Shown one piece after another: positions 13,494 through 15,529 of a stretch of 15,529 nt of DNA (positions within the stretch are counted from its first letter, which is position 1; each line of letters starts with the position of its first letter). This stretch comes from Fidelibacterota bacterium (lineage in GTDB: Bacteria > Fidelibacterota > Marinisomatia > Marinisomatales > S15-B10). Made by a program: the position numbers and the translations under genes. Below the pieces are notes generated by a model. The model was given only the letters and a program-made list of their open reading frames with translations. It was not told where the DNA came from and searched no databases. Location: positions 3,811-19,339 of the forward strand of contig PBTS01000023.1 of NCBI GenBank assembly GCA_002729175.1, given 5' to 3'.

Positions 13494-15422
13494 TTACAGT
13501 AAACTTTGATCAATAACCAAGATAACGAGCAACAACGGAAGATAGATGATAGATCCCGCTAAGAGGCGGCGCGCTCTCACTTCCGTCCACCCTCTTGAGG
13601 CATCGATGGCCAGCGCAAGAAAGGTGACGCCAGGCAATAGTGATCCCCACATAAAGATCTGGCCGGCAATGCCGTTCAAATGTAGCAATGTTGTACAAAG
13701 AATGAGAAGTGCGCAGAACACAACGGAATAAACAGATGTTTTCGTCATTGACGGGTCTACCACAGGAAGCATTTTGAAACCAATTCGCCCATAATCATTC
13801 CTGTGGAGCCAGGCGATGGCGTAAAAATGGGGAATCTGCCACAGAAACAAAATCCCGAAAAGAATCCAGCCACCTGTTTCAAGATTTCCGCTTGCAGCGA
13901 GCCAACCGCCAAGGGGAGGTAAAGCTCCCGGAATAGCGCCAATGAGCGTATTCCATGTTGTCTTCATTTTCAGTGGCGTATAGACGATGAGATAGAGAAA
14001 AAGTGTCAGAAAAGCAACAAAGGCAACTGGAACGCTCACAGTTGACAATAGATAGACTAAACCAGCCGCTGAAAGAACGATACCAAACCATCGGGCCGAT
14101 GATGGCTTGATTCTACCCGATGGAATAGGGCGCCTTATGGTCCTTTTCATCTGACCGTCCGAAGTTCGTTCAATATATTGGTTTAAAGCCCCGACGCCAG
14201 CCGCCACAAAGGCTGTGCCCAGTATGGTATTAATCAGAAGCCACGGATCAGTCAAAATTGACCTCTCCGATTCCACAGCACCGAGATAAAAACCTATAAT
14301 GGTTGATACGAGGACCAACCAGATAATCCTCGGTTTTGTTAATTCCCAAAAGGTTGATAATTGACTCTTCAACCCGGAAACTTCTCTCTCAGCCTCAAGC
14401 TGATGTTGAAAGAAGGTTTGGAACTGACCTTCCGGGACGTACATCCGCAGAGAGCGGAGAGTCAGAAAGAATGATGTTCCCAGCATCAGAGCTCCTGTCC
14501 AGACATGAAAAGTGGTTATGAAAGGTGCCTTGACACTCCAAATAACTAAAGCCGCCAACACAATTTGAGTCAGCAACAAAAGGTCGAGGAACAGGACAGG
14601 TAGAAAGAGTCTATCTTCCTTGCGCTGATGCCGGAATGCCCGAACCGTCAGTCCTGTTGCGGCGCTAAAAACAAGAATCGCCCCAAACCGGTGGAGAAGA
14701 TGAATGACCACTTGACTCATGGTGACCGGTTCCAACCCCAGATCGAAGCGCCCATAGTTGATGCTCGAAAGCATCATATTGTTGAGAACAGGGATCACTT
14801 TCCCATCGGCGAGAGGAAAATCAAGTATTGCCAGACCCGACCCTGTGTGGCGCATGAGGGCACCTAAAATCAGCTGAACATAAATCAACCCGGTCAGAAC
14901 CATGCTCCACCGGACAAATGATTCATTTTCAGGTTTGACCAAGATGGCTCTTGAGGATTTCCATTCTTTTGAAAGAGAATAGGTGATGACAATGATGACA
15001 CAGAAAAAAGTTTGTGCCAGAATACCATGCGTCATTGAGATAACAGTGGGAAGCAAAAACAATACCGTTAATCCACCTAAGATTCCCTGAGCTATGACCG
15101 CCCCCAGGGAGAACCAGCCGAGTTTTTTCATCCACGGCCGCGGTTCCGCTTTCCAGAGCCAGATTGAAAGAACAAGTGTCAAAAAACCGACAAAAGAGGC
15201 AATAAGTCTGTGAAGGTGTTCGTAGAAAATTCCTCCCACCCATTTTGAATAAGGGAAAGTAAACATCAATTCTCCGTAAGTGTTAGGCCAGTCAGGTACG
15301 GAGAGCCCTGAACCAGTACTGGTGACCATTCCACCGGCAAAGATGAGCCCTAACGTAGAAAAGGCGGTAAACTTAGAATACCGCCTTAGCCAGGTTTCTG
15401 AACTGTTACTGTTCTTAGCCAC
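13494..15422 (-). CDS. ctaB: Fused heme A synthase (CtaA/COX15, N-terminal) and protoheme IX farnesyltransferase/heme O synthase (CtaB/CyoE, C-terminal)
   Basis: N-half: GSGLSVPDWP, EHLHR, QGILGGLTV, MTHG, HLLHR, TFHV. C-half: ELTKPRI, LNQYIERTSDGQMKRTIRRPIPSG, YTPLK, GAIPGALPPL, WQIPHF. One uninterrupted 642-aa frame. Confidence 0.93.
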   Translation of the reverse strand: MAKNSNSSETWLRRYSKFTAFSTLGLIFAGGMVTSTGSGLSVPDWPNTYGELMFTFPYSKWVGGIFYEHLHRLIASFVGFLTLVLSIWLWKAEPRPWMKKLGWFSLGAVIAQGILGGLTVLFLLPTVISMTHGILAQTFFCVIIVITYSLSKEWKSSRAILVKPENESFVRWSMVLTGLIYVQLILGALMRHTGSGLAILDFPLADGKVIPVLNNMMLSSINYGRFDLGLEPVTMSQVVIHLLHRFGAILVFSAATGLTVRAFRHQRKEDRLFLPVLFLDLLLLTQIVLAALVIWSVKAPFITTFHVWTGALMLGTSFFLTLRSLRMYVPEGQFQTFFQHQLEAEREVSGLKSQLSTFWELTKPRIIWLVLVSTIIGFYLGAVESERSILTDPWLLINTILGTAFVAAGVGALNQYIERTSDGQMKRTIRRPIPSGRIKPSSARWFGIVLSAAGLVYLLSTVSVPVAFVAFLTLFLYLIVYTPLKMKTTWNTLIGAIPGALPPLGGWLAASGNLETGGWILFGILFLWQIPHFYAIAWLHRNDYGRIGFKMLPVVDPSMTKTSVYSVVFCALLILCTTLLHLNGIAGQIFMWGSLLPGVTFLALAIDASRGWTEVRARRLLAGSIIYLPLLLVILVIDQSLL

Positions 15423-15454
15423 CGCTGAATTGAGGTGAATGCGTCAGAAAATAA

Positions 15455-15529
15455 TTACCACTCTTCTCCCCAGTCATCGTCCTCATCACCAGCTTTCTCT
15501 TTTTCAGCTTTAGCCACTTCAGCCTGTGA
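15455..15529 (-). CDS. 3' end of an upstream gene (partial, unidentified)
   Basis: Open frame SQAEVAKAEKEKAGDEDDDWGEEW ending in TAA at 15455-15457, 32 nt before the ctaA-ctaB start. Confidence 0.6.
   Translation of the reverse strand, partial: SQAEVAKAEKEKAGDEDDDWGEEW

Noticed and set aside
49..15243. Many 60-134 aa plus-strand and alternate-frame ORFs in the track
   Set aside because: They lie antisense to or inside well-supported minus-strand genes and have no recognisable motifs; treated as shadow ORFs.

Overview
Bacterial chromosomal window with every supported gene on the minus strand. No RNA genes, mobile elements or CRISPR arrays were seen. In order of transcription (right to left): the acidic C-terminal tail of an unidentified gene; a cytochrome c oxidase maturation block (a fused heme A synthase/heme O synthase whose CtaA half has no cysteine pairs, an SCO protein, and a DUF420/CtaM-like protein that probably starts at ATA); a secreted M14 zinc carboxypeptidase with a C-terminal dockerin; a CBS-pair protein; a hypothetical lipoprotein; an overlap-coupled block (helical hypothetical, YtnP-like MBL hydrolase, atypical stand-alone receiver, nth); and a tightly coupled run of PTPS/QueD-family gene, yhhQ, folE, nfo, lpdA, lipB and a 2-oxoacid dehydrogenase E1 gene that runs off the left edge and is missing from the ORF track. 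The most unusual points are the PTPS with Asp in place of the catalytic Cys (DxxxHGH) in a ptps-yhhQ-folE cassette between two base-excision-repair genes, the Cys-less CtaA-CtaB fusion, the dockerin peptidase, and the ATAA stop/start overlap. Gene content suggests an aerobic, peptide-degrading diderm, possibly FCB-group or Marinimicrobia-like; that taxonomy is inference only.
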